Source: Sphingomonadales bacterium (GTDB lineage: Bacteria > Pseudomonadota > Alphaproteobacteria > Sphingomonadales > Sphingomonadaceae). Taken from it: DNA of 64,000 bases. Below, one piece after another: positions 38,427 to 48,381 of the stretch (positions are counted from its first letter, which is position 1; every line of letters starts with the position of its first letter). The translations under genes were made by a program, and so were the position numbers. The stretch is taken from contig JAIXWO010000022.1 of the NCBI GenBank assembly GCA_027491235.1, positions 654,102 to 718,101 on the forward strand, read 5' to 3'. A model generated the notes under the pieces. The model searched no databases, was not told the DNA's origin, and saw only the letters and a program-made list of their open reading frames with translations.

Positions 38427-39764
38427 GTGGCAGATCACGCGCATTCCGATGACCCTGCGGTTCAGGCGCAGCTAGACCGTTTCGCCCAATTGTCACCCGG
38501 TCGTGACATTCTGGGGCTGGAGCGGATTGAGCGTCTGCTCGCCCTACTCGACAATCCACATCTCGACCTGCCGCCCGTCTTTCATGTCGCGGGCACCAAC
38601 GGCAAAGGCTCGACCTGCGCCTTCCTGCGCACTGCTCTTGAAGCCGGAGGCCGCCGGGTCCACGCTTATACCAGCCCACATCTTGTGCGCTTCAATGAAC
38701 GCATAAGAGTTGCCGGCAATCTGATTACAGATGAGGCTTTGGCGCCGCTCCTTGCCGAAGTGCTGGATGCCGCCGAAGCTGACGGAATGGCTCCGAGCTT
38801 CTTTGAAGCGACGACGGCGGCAGCGTTCCTGGCCTTTTCCCGCACAAAGGCGGATGTCGCGATCATTGAGGTTGGGCTTGGCGGACGGCTGGATGCGACC
38901 AACATTATCCCAAAGCCATTGATCTGCGGGATTGCACAGCTTGGCATCGACCACGAAGCATTTCTTCTGGACCCAGAGAATGGCCCAGACTTTGCGCCAC
39001 TGGAGCGGATTGGTTTTGAAAAAGCGGGCATCGCCAAGGCAAACGCACCGCTGGTGACGATGGCCTATCCGGAGACTGTCGCCGTTCGGATTGCAGATGT
39101 GGCAGCATCCATCGGCACCACAACGCTTGTCCAAGGGCAGGACTGGCATTGTCAACTGAAGGGCGACGCTCTCATTTACCGCGACGCCAAGGGTCCCTTG
39201 CGGCTTCCGCTGCCACACATGGCGGGGGATCATCAAGTCGCGAACGCTGGCCTTGCGATCGCCATGCTGCGGCATCAGGACCGAATTACCTTGCGTGACC
39301 ACGCCTTTACTGTTGCGATGGAGAAGACACAGTGGCCCGCGCGAATGCAACGTCTCACGTCAGGGCCATTTGTTGATCTCGTCAAGCCGGCCCAGTTGTG
39401 GCTCGACGGGGGTCATAATCCCAATGCAGCCGAAGCCATTGCCGCAACCTTCCTGCGCGGTCCTGCGCTAGACGTCATCATCGGCATGCTCGCCAACAAG
39501 GATGCAGCGGAGTTCCTCCGGATCATCGCCCCAGTGACCCGCAGCGTGACGGCGGTTCCAACCCCCGGGCATGACTGCCATGCGCCCGACGATTTGGCCG
39601 CGATGGCACAATCAGCGGGCATTGGAACGACTGCAACCGCGCCTGATGTTGAGAGCGCACTGCGACAGCTTAGCGCCCGAGGCGACGTGCGCCGTGTGGC
39701 CATCCTCGGCTCGCTCTATCTGGCGGGCGTCGTCCTGAAGGAAAACGGCCCGCTGCCGGACTAG
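38427..39764 (+). CDS. folC: bifunctional folylpolyglutamate/dihydrofolate synthase
   Basis: HVAGTNGKGS, YTSPHLVRFNERI, EVGLGGRLDATN, LDGGHNP, GSLYLAG. Confidence 0.96.
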   Translation: MADHAHSDDPAVQAQLDRFAQLSPGRDILGLERIERLLALLDNPHLDLPPVFHVAGTNGKGSTCAFLRTALEAGGRRVHAYTSPHLVRFNERIRVAGNLITDEALAPLLAEVLDAAEADGMAPSFFEATTAAAFLAFSRTKADVAIIEVGLGGRLDATNIIPKPLICGIAQLGIDHEAFLLDPENGPDFAPLERIGFEKAGIAKANAPLVTMAYPETVAVRIADVAASIGTTTLVQGQDWHCQLKGDALIYRDAKGPLRLPLPHMAGDHQVANAGLAIAMLRHQDRITLRDHAFTVAMEKTQWPARMQRLTSGPFVDLVKPAQLWLDGGHNPNAAEAIAATFLRGPALDVIIGMLANKDAAEFLRIIAPVTRSVTAVPTPGHDCHAPDDLAAMAQSAGIGTTATAPDVESALRQLSARGDVRRVAILGSLYLAGVVLKENGPLPD

Positions 39765-41080
39765 ATCTTTTCGCCTGCCGTTCCCATCGCCGCATCGACC
39801 AGACCCGTGCGCATCATGATCCAGAAGATCAAAATGCCCGGCAAAGCCGCAAGCGTCGTCAGCAGGTAGAAGTTCACATAACCGAGCGTTTCAATAAGCC
39901 CGCCTGCCGTGGTTCCGGTCAGGAAGCGCCCAACGACACTCGCGCCTGCTGAAATCAGCGCATATTGCGCTCCGGTAAAGCGCAGATCGCACAGTGCGGA
40001 GAAGTAGGCAACGACGACAACGCCGCCGAACCCACTCGCCATGTTTTCAAATCCAATGGCTCCGGCCATGGCGAGGTTGCTGTGGCCTGTCGCGGCCAAT
40101 CCGGCGAAGCTCAGATTGGAGAAGGCCATCAACACCAGCGCGATCAGGACAGAGCGTTTTAAGCCAAGCTTCGTGAAGGCAACGCCGCCAATGAAGATTC
40201 CGATCAAATATGCCCAGAAACCGACGCCCACATCCCAAATTGCGATCTCATCATTGGTGTAGCCAAGATCATCAAAAAGCAGGCGGAACGTTAGGTTTGC
40301 CAGCGTATCACCGATCTTGTGGACGAGAATAAACAGCAGCACGAGCAGAGCACCCGACCTTTGAAAAAACTCTGTGAACGGGCCAATGATCGAAGAAAGC
40401 ACATCGTTTACTGAGCGCTTTTCGTTCGTCACGACATGCCGCTTCGGTTCACCCATGAAGAGCCCTGTCAGCATCGCCGGAAGCGCAAAGAGGGCACACG
40501 CCATATAGGCTGCCGACCAACCAATCCGGTCTGCCAGCACCAGCGCCAATGCCCCTGCCCCTGCCGATCCGATCCGCCAGCCATATTGCGACATGCCGGA
40601 TCCGACGCCGAGCTGGTAAGGCTTCAGCGTCTCAATCCGGTAGGCGTCGATCACGATATCGAACGTGGCGCCTGCTGCACCGACGAGAATAGCTGCGAGA
40701 ACCGTCACGCCAATGTCCGCCGATGGATCCACCAGCGCAAGGTTGATAACGGCAGCCATCACGGCAAGACCGGACACTAGGAGCCATGAAACACGTTGGC
40801 CCAAATGACCGATCAAAGGCAGACGAATGCCATCAACAATCCAGGCCCAAAACACCTTGAGATTGTAGACGAGAAAGGCGAGCGTGAAGGCGGTGACGGT
40901 CTTTTTGTCGATGCCATCCTGCGCCAAGCGCGTCGTCAGCGTGGCCCCGATCATCGCATAGGGAAAGCCAGAGGACACGCCGACGAAGAAGGCTGCGAGC
41001 GATTCCTTTTCCAGATAAGGCTTTACCGCGCCCCAGACGCCCGGTTCAGCTGCCGCTACGGCTTGGCTGGCTTCACTCAT
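39761..41080 (-). CDS. ampG: AmpG family muropeptide MFS permease
   Basis: GVSSGFPY, ATFDIVIDAYRIE, YLIGIFIGG, GAQYALIS. Start moved to ATG 41080. Confidence 0.88.
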   Translation of the reverse strand: MSEASQAVAAAEPGVWGAVKPYLEKESLAAFFVGVSSGFPYAMIGATLTTRLAQDGIDKKTVTAFTLAFLVYNLKVFWAWIVDGIRLPLIGHLGQRVSWLLVSGLAVMAAVINLALVDPSADIGVTVLAAILVGAAGATFDIVIDAYRIETLKPYQLGVGSGMSQYGWRIGSAGAGALALVLADRIGWSAAYMACALFALPAMLTGLFMGEPKRHVVTNEKRSVNDVLSSIIGPFTEFFQRSGALLVLLFILVHKIGDTLANLTFRLLFDDLGYTNDEIAIWDVGVGFWAYLIGIFIGGVAFTKLGLKRSVLIALVLMAFSNLSFAGLAATGHSNLAMAGAIGFENMASGFGGVVVVAYFSALCDLRFTGAQYALISAGASVVGRFLTGTTAGGLIETLGYVNFYLLTTLAALPGILIFWIMMRTGLVDAAMGTAGEKI

Positions 41081-41144
41081 GCAACTTGCTCCCCGCTCGA
41101 ATTCGGGCAAACTAGCGCGATAAACGGAGAAGGATAGCCCCGTC

Positions 41145-42278
41145 ATGAACATGATGACGCCCACTGCTGGTCAAGTCGCGCTTGCCCAACGCATTGCGGA
41201 CGACAGTGTTCAGACGCCTGTGGCCATCACCACGGTGCCCGCCAGCCGCTATACAGACCCAGACTGGTTTGCGCAGGAAAAGGCCACTTTGTTCGACCGG
41301 TTGCCGCAGGTGATCGCACCGTCAGCACTGGTGCCGGAACCCAACATGGCGGTGCCGCATGAAGGCTTTGGGCGTCCCCTGCTCATTACGCGGGACAAAG
41401 ATGGCAAGGCGCACGTCTTCCTCAACGTCTGTCGCCACCGGGGCACCCGACTTGTTGAGGGTCAGGAGACCGTGTGCGCGGCCCGCATGGTTTGCCCCTA
41501 TCACGCATGGACCTATGCCATGGACGGCGCGCTTGTCGGCTTGCCGCGCCCTGAAACCTTCCCCGGTTTTGATAAAACGACCCACGGCCTGAAAGAACTG
41601 CCGAGCAGGGAAGCCGGTGGCCTCATCTGGTTCGCCCCCGGCGAAGACGCCGACTTTGGTGAAGCTGATGCCCTTGGCGCAGACTTTGACGCCTTCGGCA
41701 TGCGAGACCTGCACCTTTTTAAACGTCGGACGCATGAGGTCACCTCTAACTGGAAGCTCATCATGGATGCGTTTCTGGAAAGCTATCACGTCTCACGGCT
41801 GCATGCGTCGACGATAGGCCCCTTCTTCAAAGATGGCGTGACGTCGGGCGACTGCATCGGCCCGCATCAGCGCTCGGCCGTGGGTCGCGCGGCTGATCTG
41901 GCGACGATGGACCTGGGGGACTGGCCACAACTGCGTGCCGCCGTGACTTTCGCCTACCAGCTCTTCCCCGCCACCATCATGATCGTCAGCCCTGATTATG
42001 TGAACCTGATGGTGCTGATGCCACAGACAGTTGGGCGCACTTTGGTGGAAGACTTCATGCTGATCCCTGAGGAACCCAAGACTGAGAAAGCGATGTCGCA
42101 CTGGCAGCGCAGTTGGGAACTGCTCGACGGCGGCGTGTTTGCAGCAGAAGATTTCCGCGCTGCAGCTTTGGGTCAGGAAGGCCTGTCTTCCGGCGCTATC
42201 GATCATCTCACGCTCGGCACGCTGGAGACCGGCATCCGCCGTTTCCATGACGAGATTGAGGCGCGTCTTCTCCGCTAA
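41145..42278 (+). CDS. Rieske non-heme iron oxygenase alpha subunit
   Basis: NVCRHRG...CPYHAW Rieske motif; [19 protein letters not shown] mononuclear iron motif; distal EDF. Confidence 0.92.
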   Translation: MNMMTPTAGQVALAQRIADDSVQTPVAITTVPASRYTDPDWFAQEKATLFDRLPQVIAPSALVPEPNMAVPHEGFGRPLLITRDKDGKAHVFLNVCRHRGTRLVEGQETVCAARMVCPYHAWTYAMDGALVGLPRPETFPGFDKTTHGLKELPSREAGGLIWFAPGEDADFGEADALGADFDAFGMRDLHLFKRRTHEVTSNWKLIMDAFLESYHVSRLHASTIGPFFKDGVTSGDCIGPHQRSAVGRAADLATMDLGDWPQLRAAVTFAYQLFPATIMIVSPDYVNLMVLMPQTVGRTLVEDFMLIPEEPKTEKAMSHWQRSWELLDGGVFAAEDFRAAALGQEGLSSGAIDHLTLGTLETGIRRFHDEIEARLLR

Positions 42279-42313
42279 AGACATTGCTCGCCAATTCCGC
42301 TACTGGCCCCGCC

Positions 42314-43168
42314 ATGAGTATGAACGAACCGCAGCGCATCGCCAAGCTTTTGGCCCGTGCCGGCATTGCCTCGCGCCGCGAAATTGAACGCATGATCGAA
42401 GATCGCCGCATTGCAATTGACGGCGTGCCGATTGAAACGCCCGCCACCATCCTGACCAGCCTGACAGGGGTAACCGTCGATGGAAAGCCGGTTGCGCCGC
42501 CCAAGGCCGCCAAGCTGTTCTGCTTCCACAAGCCGTCTGGTGTTCTGACCGCAGAACGTGATCCGCAGGGTCGCCGTACAATTTATGACGTCCTGCCAAA
42601 GGGCCTGCCGCGCGTGGTGCCTGTCGGGCGGCTCGATCTGAATACCGAAGGCCTGCTGCTGCTCACCACCGATGGGGAGTTGAAGCGGCAGTTGGAATTG
42701 CCATCGACCGGCGTCGTCCGTTCTTACCGAGCCCGCGCGTATGGCAATGTCAGCCAAGCACAATTGGAAGAGCTGATTCATGGCATCGAGATTGACGGCG
42801 TCCGCTACGGCTCCATCGACGCCAATCTTGAGCGCCGGACCGGCGCAAATACTTGGGTTGAAATGCGCCTGACCGAAGGCAAGAACCGCGAAGTCCGCCG
42901 CGTGCTGGAACATCTGGGCCTACGCGTCTCCCGCCTGATCCGCACCAGCTATGGCCCCTTTGGTCTGGGTGATCTGGAACGTGGTGAAGTCGCCGAAATT
43001 GATCGCAACCAGTTGTTCATGTTCCGCCAGTCGCTCACTAAACAGGGCGGACCGAAAGAAAAATCGCCTGAGAGAGGGCCGTCAGCTGCGCCGTCGTCCC
43101 CGCGCCGCACGCCATCCTCTCCTGCCGCTGCCAAACGGCAACATTCTCGGCCACCGCGTCGTCCATGA
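42314..43168 (+). CDS. rluB: S4-domain rRNA pseudouridine synthase (RluB/RsuA family)
   Basis: RIAKLLARAGIASRR, VGRLDLNTEGLL, EGKNREVRR, RLIR. Confidence 0.85.
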   Translation: MSMNEPQRIAKLLARAGIASRREIERMIEDRRIAIDGVPIETPATILTSLTGVTVDGKPVAPPKAAKLFCFHKPSGVLTAERDPQGRRTIYDVLPKGLPRVVPVGRLDLNTEGLLLLTTDGELKRQLELPSTGVVRSYRARAYGNVSQAQLEELIHGIEIDGVRYGSIDANLERRTGANTWVEMRLTEGKNREVRRVLEHLGLRVSRLIRTSYGPFGLGDLERGEVAEIDRNQLFMFRQSLTKQGGPKEKSPERGPSAAPSSPRRTPSSPAAAKRQHSRPPRRP

Positions 43169-43722
43169 GAATCATTGCTGGAAATTGGCGCGGCCGTCCT
43201 CTGGTTGCGCCCAAGGGAGACGCGACCCGCCCGACCGCAGACCGGACGCGGGAGGCCTTGTTCTCCATGCTCGTCAGCCGCCTTGGCAGCTTTGAAGGTT
43301 TGAGCGTGGCCGATCTGTTCGCAGGCTCCGGCGCGCTCGGCCTTGAGGCCCTGTCCCGTGGAGCAGGCAGTTGCATCTTTGTGGAGCAGGACCGCGCCGC
43401 TGTGGACGCCCTCAAGACCAACATCGCAAAGCTTGGGGCGAATGGCGCGGAGATCCGTCAGGGCTCTGTCCTCGCATTGCCCCCTGCCCGCGCGCCATTG
43501 GACTTGGTGATGATGGACCCACCCTATGAAAGCGGCGCCGGGTCCGTCGCGCTCGACAAACTGGGCCGCTTGGGCTGGATTGGCCCCGCCACCCTTGTCA
43601 GCATTGAAACCTCTCGCAAGGAGACTGTTGACGTCGCCGGGTTCGAGTTGGACGTCCAGCGCGATTATGGAAAAGCGCGCATCACCCTTTTGCGCGCAGT
43701 GCCAGCAGACCCACAAGGCTGA
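43165..43722 (+). CDS. rsmD: 16S rRNA m2G966 methyltransferase
   Basis: MRIIAG..RGR, TRPTADRTREALF, DLFAGSGALG, DPPY, YG. Confidence 0.95.
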   Translation: MRIIAGNWRGRPLVAPKGDATRPTADRTREALFSMLVSRLGSFEGLSVADLFAGSGALGLEALSRGAGSCIFVEQDRAAVDALKTNIAKLGANGAEIRQGSVLALPPARAPLDLVMMDPPYESGAGSVALDKLGRLGWIGPATLVSIETSRKETVDVAGFELDVQRDYGKARITLLRAVPADPQG

Positions 43723-44938
43723 GGCCTGAGCATAGCGCAAGATAGGCGCCAACCGCGCCGAGCCCTGCACTGTCCGAAAGGCGCTGCGCGATCAGCGGCG
43801 CCAATCCGCCGCCCAAAATCCCCGCCATGTTAAACGCCACCGATGCACCCGAATAACGCACGCGTGCCGGGAACAGGCTGGGCAGCCAGGCGCCAAGCGG
43901 GCCATAGGTCAGCCCCATCGCGAACAATGCCATGGAAAGGAACAGCGCAACCATCGGCGGCTCTCCACTGCCCAAGGTTGGCACGATGGTGAGCGCCACC
44001 AACATCGTCAGGCCACAGCCCGCCATCAGGACATTGCCTGCGCCATATCGGTCCGCCGCGAAGCCCGACACGATAATGCCAGCCGCCAGAAACAGAATGG
44101 CGAAGAGCTGCAGTCCGAGGAATGCCTCACGCGCCATACCGAGCTTGGTCGTGCCGTAGCCAAGGGCAAAGGCCGTTGCGAGGTAGAAGATCGCGAAACA
44201 GGCAACGGCCGCAAAGGTGCCCCCCAGCACTTCGCGCCAATGCCCGCGCATCAATTCACCAAAGGGCACCTTGGGTGGCGGCGCTTCCGCCAAGGCAGCG
44301 GCAAAGGCGGGCGTTTCCGTCAGCTTCAACCGCACCCAAAGGCCGATACCGACCAAAAGCGCGCTGCCGAGAAAAGGTATCCGCCAGCCCCATTCCTTGA
44401 AGTCGTCTCCGGACAGATACAATCCGAGAAGCAGGAACAAGCCGTTCGACGCGATGAACCCGACGGGCGCCCCCAATTGCGGGAACATGCCGTAACGCGC
44501 GGCCTTGCCCGGTGGCGCATTCTCCACCGCCAACAGCGCCGCCCCGCCCCATTCCCCGCCAAGGCCAAAACCTTGTCCGAAGCGCAACAAGCAGAGCAGT
44601 ACAGGTGCCCACCACCCGATCACTGCATGCGTGGGCAGAAACGCAATGAGGAAGGTCGATAGCCCCATGATGAGGAGAGAGGTGACGAGCGTCGATTTAC
44701 GCCCGATCCGGTCCCCGAAATGGCCAAACGCAATTGCGCCTAGGGGTCGGGCAAAAAAGGCAACGGAAAAGCTGGCATAGCTGGCGAGCAGCTGCAGACC
44801 GGGTTCTTCCGACGGGAAGAACAGCGGTCCGAACACGAGCGCGGCGGCGGTCGCGTAGATATAGAAATCGTAGAACTCGACCGCCGTCCCGACCAGCGAC
44901 GCGGCCAGAACGCGTTTGTGCGATGTTGGTGTGGACAT
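43682..44938 (-). CDS. MFS transporter, metabolite:H+ symporter (MHS/ShiA-like)
   Basis: GTAVEFYDFYIY, FGHFGDRIGRK, GLGGEWGGA, WGWRIPF, RVRYSG. Confidence 0.92.
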   Translation of the reverse strand: MSTPTSHKRVLAASLVGTAVEFYDFYIYATAAALVFGPLFFPSEEPGLQLLASYASFSVAFFARPLGAIAFGHFGDRIGRKSTLVTSLLIMGLSTFLIAFLPTHAVIGWWAPVLLCLLRFGQGFGLGGEWGGAALLAVENAPPGKAARYGMFPQLGAPVGFIASNGLFLLLGLYLSGDDFKEWGWRIPFLGSALLVGIGLWVRLKLTETPAFAAALAEAPPPKVPFGELMRGHWREVLGGTFAAVACFAIFYLATAFALGYGTTKLGMAREAFLGLQLFAILFLAAGIIVSGFAADRYGAGNVLMAGCGLTMLVALTIVPTLGSGEPPMVALFLSMALFAMGLTYGPLGAWLPSLFPARVRYSGASVAFNMAGILGGGLAPLIAQRLSDSAGLGAVGAYLALCSGLSLVGLLALRAKG

Positions 44939-45030
44939 GGTCAGTTCGCTCCCCCGCTTCTTTTCCCATCGCCATTGTCAATTTGCGCGGTGTGTGTCGA
45001 GCCTTTCAAGCCGGTGTGACGCTGTTTCAC

Positions 45031-45064
45031 AAAGAAAAGCGGCCCCGGGTTTCCCCGAGGCCGC
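45031..45064 (-). terminator. rho-independent terminator of the PEPxxWA-CTERM gene
   Basis: GCGGCCCCGGG-tttc-CCCGAGGCCGC stem preceded on + by AAAGAAAA (U-tract on -). Confidence 0.75.
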
Positions 45065-45091
45065 TGCCAATCTAAAACGCGAAAGCGAAGA

Positions 45092-45796
45092 TCAGGCGAA
45101 GGTAATGGCGGTCTTCTGACGACGACGCATCGCCGAACCCACAAGACCAAAGCCAGCGAGCATCATAGCCCAAGCAGCCGGCTCCGGCACCGCAGCCTTG
45201 TCAATGGACAGCGCCACCTTGTCGAGAAGCGGGCCAACGTTGTCGGCGCTGTCTGTGCCGATGTTGAAGGTGAGCGCACCAGCCGACCCAGCCGTGAAGA
45301 AGATCGAATAGGTGCTGAATGGCTTGTTTGCGGCGATTCCGGAAGACGTTGTGATTCCAGACCAAGTATAGGTTGGAAGGACGATCACATCGCCACTACC
45401 GAAGTTGAAGCCATAATTCAGCAAGGTTTCAGTGCTGCCAAAATCAAATCCGGCAAAGAAACCGTCAAAATCGCTATTACGCTGGTTTCCACCGAGGTCG
45501 AATGACAGGCGAACCTTGTCACCGGCGTTGAAGGCGAAAGACGCGAGCGAAGAAATCTGGCCTGGGCCGGTTGATCCATCAAGATCGACGCACGAGCCGC
45601 TGCAGGTAATCCCATAGTCACCGCTCTTCACGACATCGACGTTGCCGACGACCGAGAAGTTTGCGAAACTTGCATAGTTGAGCGCAGAATTTCCGCCAGC
45701 TTCGGCGTCAAACGTATCCGAGAAAACCACTGCAGCAGATGCCGGTGCTGCAAGGCTAAGCGCACCAAGCGCCAGAACAGAAGAAACGAGTCGCAT
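45092..45796 (-). CDS. PEPxxWA-CTERM sorting-domain surface protein
   Basis: Signal peptide; C-terminal VPEPAAWAMMLAGFGLVGSAMRRRQK. Confidence 0.93.
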   Translation of the reverse strand: MRLVSSVLALGALSLAAPASAAVVFSDTFDAEAGGNSALNYASFANFSVVGNVDVVKSGDYGITCSGSCVDLDGSTGPGQISSLASFAFNAGDKVRLSFDLGGNQRNSDFDGFFAGFDFGSTETLLNYGFNFGSGDVIVLPTYTWSGITTSSGIAANKPFSTYSIFFTAGSAGALTFNIGTDSADNVGPLLDKVALSIDKAAVPEPAAWAMMLAGFGLVGSAMRRRQKTAITFA

Positions 45797-45937
45797 TAAA
45801 AAACCCCTTTATTTCCAATGCGGCAAAGGACGCAGCCATATTGGTTACATTTCTTTAATCAAACATAGATCGACCCGTCAAATAGAGATTTGTGAAGGCG
45901 CTGTCCCAATCTGGGACCCCTTGCCCAGCGGAACAAT

Positions 45938-45952
45938 GTTCCCTAATCGTTC
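45938..45952 (+). promoter_or_regulatory. alphaproteobacterial LexA (SOS) box upstream of uvrD
   Basis: GTTC-cctaatc-GTTC, 5 nt upstream of ATG 45958. Confidence 0.8.
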
Positions 45953-45957
45953 ACGCG

Positions 45958-48225
45958 ATGACGTTACCCGTAAATCCCGATGAACCCGCCTATATCCAAG
46001 GCTTGAACGCCCCGCAGCGTGAGGCTGTCCTCACAAGTGAGGGTCCTGTCCTGATGCTGGCAGGCGCCGGCACAGGGAAGACGGCGGCTCTGACCGCACG
46101 GCTGGCGCATCTCATCGCGACGCGCCGCGCATGGCCTTCGGAAATCCTCGCCGTCACCTTCACCAACAAGGCCGCGCGTGAGATGAAGGAGCGCGTGGGT
46201 CGCATCATCGGCGACGCGGTGGAGGGGATGCCCTGGCTGGGCACCTTCCATTCTATCTGCGCAAAAATGCTCAGAAGACACGCCGAACTCGTTGGTTTAC
46301 AATCAAATTTTACAATTCTTGATACCGATGATCAACTGCGGTTGCTCAAGCAGATCGTTACAGCGGCCGAATTGGACGAGAAGCGCTGGCCAGCCCGACA
46401 GTTGGCGGGGTTGATCGACCAGTGGAAGAATAAGGGCTTAACGCCAGCGGATGTCGATACGGCAGAAAGCCAGCGCTTTGCCGACGGTCAGGGCGCCAAG
46501 CTCTACACAATCTATCAGGACCGACTGAAAGCGTTGAATGCCTGCGATTTTGGCGATCTCCTTTTGCATATGCTGACGATCCTGAAGACCCATCGGGACG
46601 TGCTGCAAAGCTATCAGCAGAGGTTCAAATACATCCTTGTCGACGAATATCAGGACACAAATGCCAGCCAATATCTGTGGCTGCGGCTATTGGCCCAATC
46701 GAGCAAGAACATCTGCGTCGTGGGAGATGATGACCAGTCCATCTATTCATGGCGCGGCGCGGAAGTGGCGAATATCCTTCGGTTTGAGAAGGACTTTCCG
46801 GGTGCGGCCGTCATCAAGCTTGAACAGAATTACCGCTCCACCCCGCACATCCTTGGCGCGGCGTCGGGACTGATCGCGAAGAATGGCGGGCGGCTCGGCA
46901 AGACGTTGTGGACGGAAGTCGACGCCGGCGACAAGGTTGAGATCATCGGCGTGTGGGACGGGCCGGAAGAAGCCCGCCGCGTCGGCGAAATGGCGGAAGA
47001 CCATCAGCGCGCCGGAGGCTCGCTTGACGATTTGGCCATCCTCGTGCGCGCCCAGTTCCAGACGCGGGAATTTGAAGACCGCTTTATCTCCATCGGCCTG
47101 CCCTATCGCATTATTGGGGGTTTCCGCTTTTATGAACGCGCCGAAATCCGTGATGCACTCGCCTATCTCCGGCTGGTGAACCAACCTGCAGATGATCTTG
47201 CCTTTGAACGGATCGTCAACCAGCCCAAGCGCGGCTTGGGGGACAAAGCCCTTGCCCGCATCCAGACGTTTGCGCGCGGCATGAGCGGTCCCCTCTCCCA
47301 CGCTGCCGTCTCGATCCTCGACAGTGATGAACTGACCCCGCAGGCCCGCCGTGCGCTGGGCGGGTTCATCGGCGATATCGCCCGCTGGCGGGATCTTTCG
47401 GCCAGCCTGCCGCACTATGAGTTGGCCCGGCAAATCCTTGATGAAAGCGGCTATACCGCGATGCTGCAGGCAGACAAATCGGCCGAAAGCGCTGGGCGGC
47501 TCGAAAACCTCAACGAACTTGTCCGCGCGATGGAGGAATATGAAACGCTCGGCGCGTTTCTGGAGCATGTCAGCCTCGTCATGGACAATGACGCACAGGG
47601 TGATGGCGAGAAGATCACCATGATGACGATCCACGCCGCCAAGGGGCTGGAGTTTGACCGCACCTTCCTCGTGGGATGGGAAGAAGGCGTGTTCCCTTCG
47701 CAACGGGCGCTGGATGAAGGCGGCATGGCGAGCCTGGAGGAGGAACGCCGCCTTGCTTATGTCGCGATCACGCGGGCGCGACGGAAGTGTACCATCCTCC
47801 ACGCCGCCAACCGCCGTATCTATGGCCAGTGGACATCCAGCATCCCCAGCCGCTTTATCGCAGAACTGCCTGCCGATCATATCGAGCAGGAAAACTCCAT
47901 GTCCGGCGGGGAAAGCATGTGGAGGGCCAATTGGTCCCAAAATGCGGACCCATTCGCGCACGTCAACCGAGGCACAGGACGCGGACCGGGCTGGCAGCGG
48001 GCTTCAACAAGCTATTCCACGGCACCCACCCGCATTGTCGAGGCCCGCGCCAGCGCGGTCAGCCTTGGCAATAAGGGCCGGTCGGATCTCTCCATCGGCA
48101 AACGCGTGTTCCACGAAAAGTTTGGCTACGGCCTTATCGCCGAGATAGAAGGCAACAAGCTGGAGATCGACTTTGAACAAGCGGGCCGCAAACGCGTGCT
48201 CGACACCTTTGTCACTCTCGACTGA
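45958..48225 (+). CDS. uvrD: UvrD/Rep/PcrA ATP-dependent DNA helicase
   Basis: AGAGTGKT, VDEYQD, VGDDDQSIY, QNYRS, TIHAAKGLEF, EERRLAYVAITRA, C-terminal RVFHEKFG. Confidence 0.95.
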   Translation: MTLPVNPDEPAYIQGLNAPQREAVLTSEGPVLMLAGAGTGKTAALTARLAHLIATRRAWPSEILAVTFTNKAAREMKERVGRIIGDAVEGMPWLGTFHSICAKMLRRHAELVGLQSNFTILDTDDQLRLLKQIVTAAELDEKRWPARQLAGLIDQWKNKGLTPADVDTAESQRFADGQGAKLYTIYQDRLKALNACDFGDLLLHMLTILKTHRDVLQSYQQRFKYILVDEYQDTNASQYLWLRLLAQSSKNICVVGDDDQSIYSWRGAEVANILRFEKDFPGAAVIKLEQNYRSTPHILGAASGLIAKNGGRLGKTLWTEVDAGDKVEIIGVWDGPEEARRVGEMAEDHQRAGGSLDDLAILVRAQFQTREFEDRFISIGLPYRIIGGFRFYERAEIRDALAYLRLVNQPADDLAFERIVNQPKRGLGDKALARIQTFARGMSGPLSHAAVSILDSDELTPQARRALGGFIGDIARWRDLSASLPHYELARQILDESGYTAMLQADKSAESAGRLENLNELVRAMEEYETLGAFLEHVSLVMDNDAQGDGEKITMMTIHAAKGLEFDRTFLVGWEEGVFPSQRALDEGGMASLEEERRLAYVAITRARRKCTILHAANRRIYGQWTSSIPSRFIAELPADHIEQENSMSGGESMWRANWSQNADPFAHVNRGTGRGPGWQRASTSYSTAPTRIVEARASAVSLGNKGRSDLSIGKRVFHEKFGYGLIAEIEGNKLEIDFEQAGRKRVLDTFVTLD

Positions 48226-48381
48226 CGAAGCGGCCACGCGTACCGAAAAGCATCAAAGTTAGCCGCGTCTTTCATGGCTGCGGCCTCTTAAACTTTACGA
48301 CGCTAAACCGTTAACGGGTTGGGCCGACGCCCCCCCATTATCGTCTGTCGGCCCCATGCACGCAGCAACAGGGAAAACATC

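Noticed and set aside
45823-45838. Sigma-54 promoter upstream of the PEPxxWA gene (TGGC...TTGC on minus)
   Set aside because: 11 nt between GG and GC instead of the required 10.
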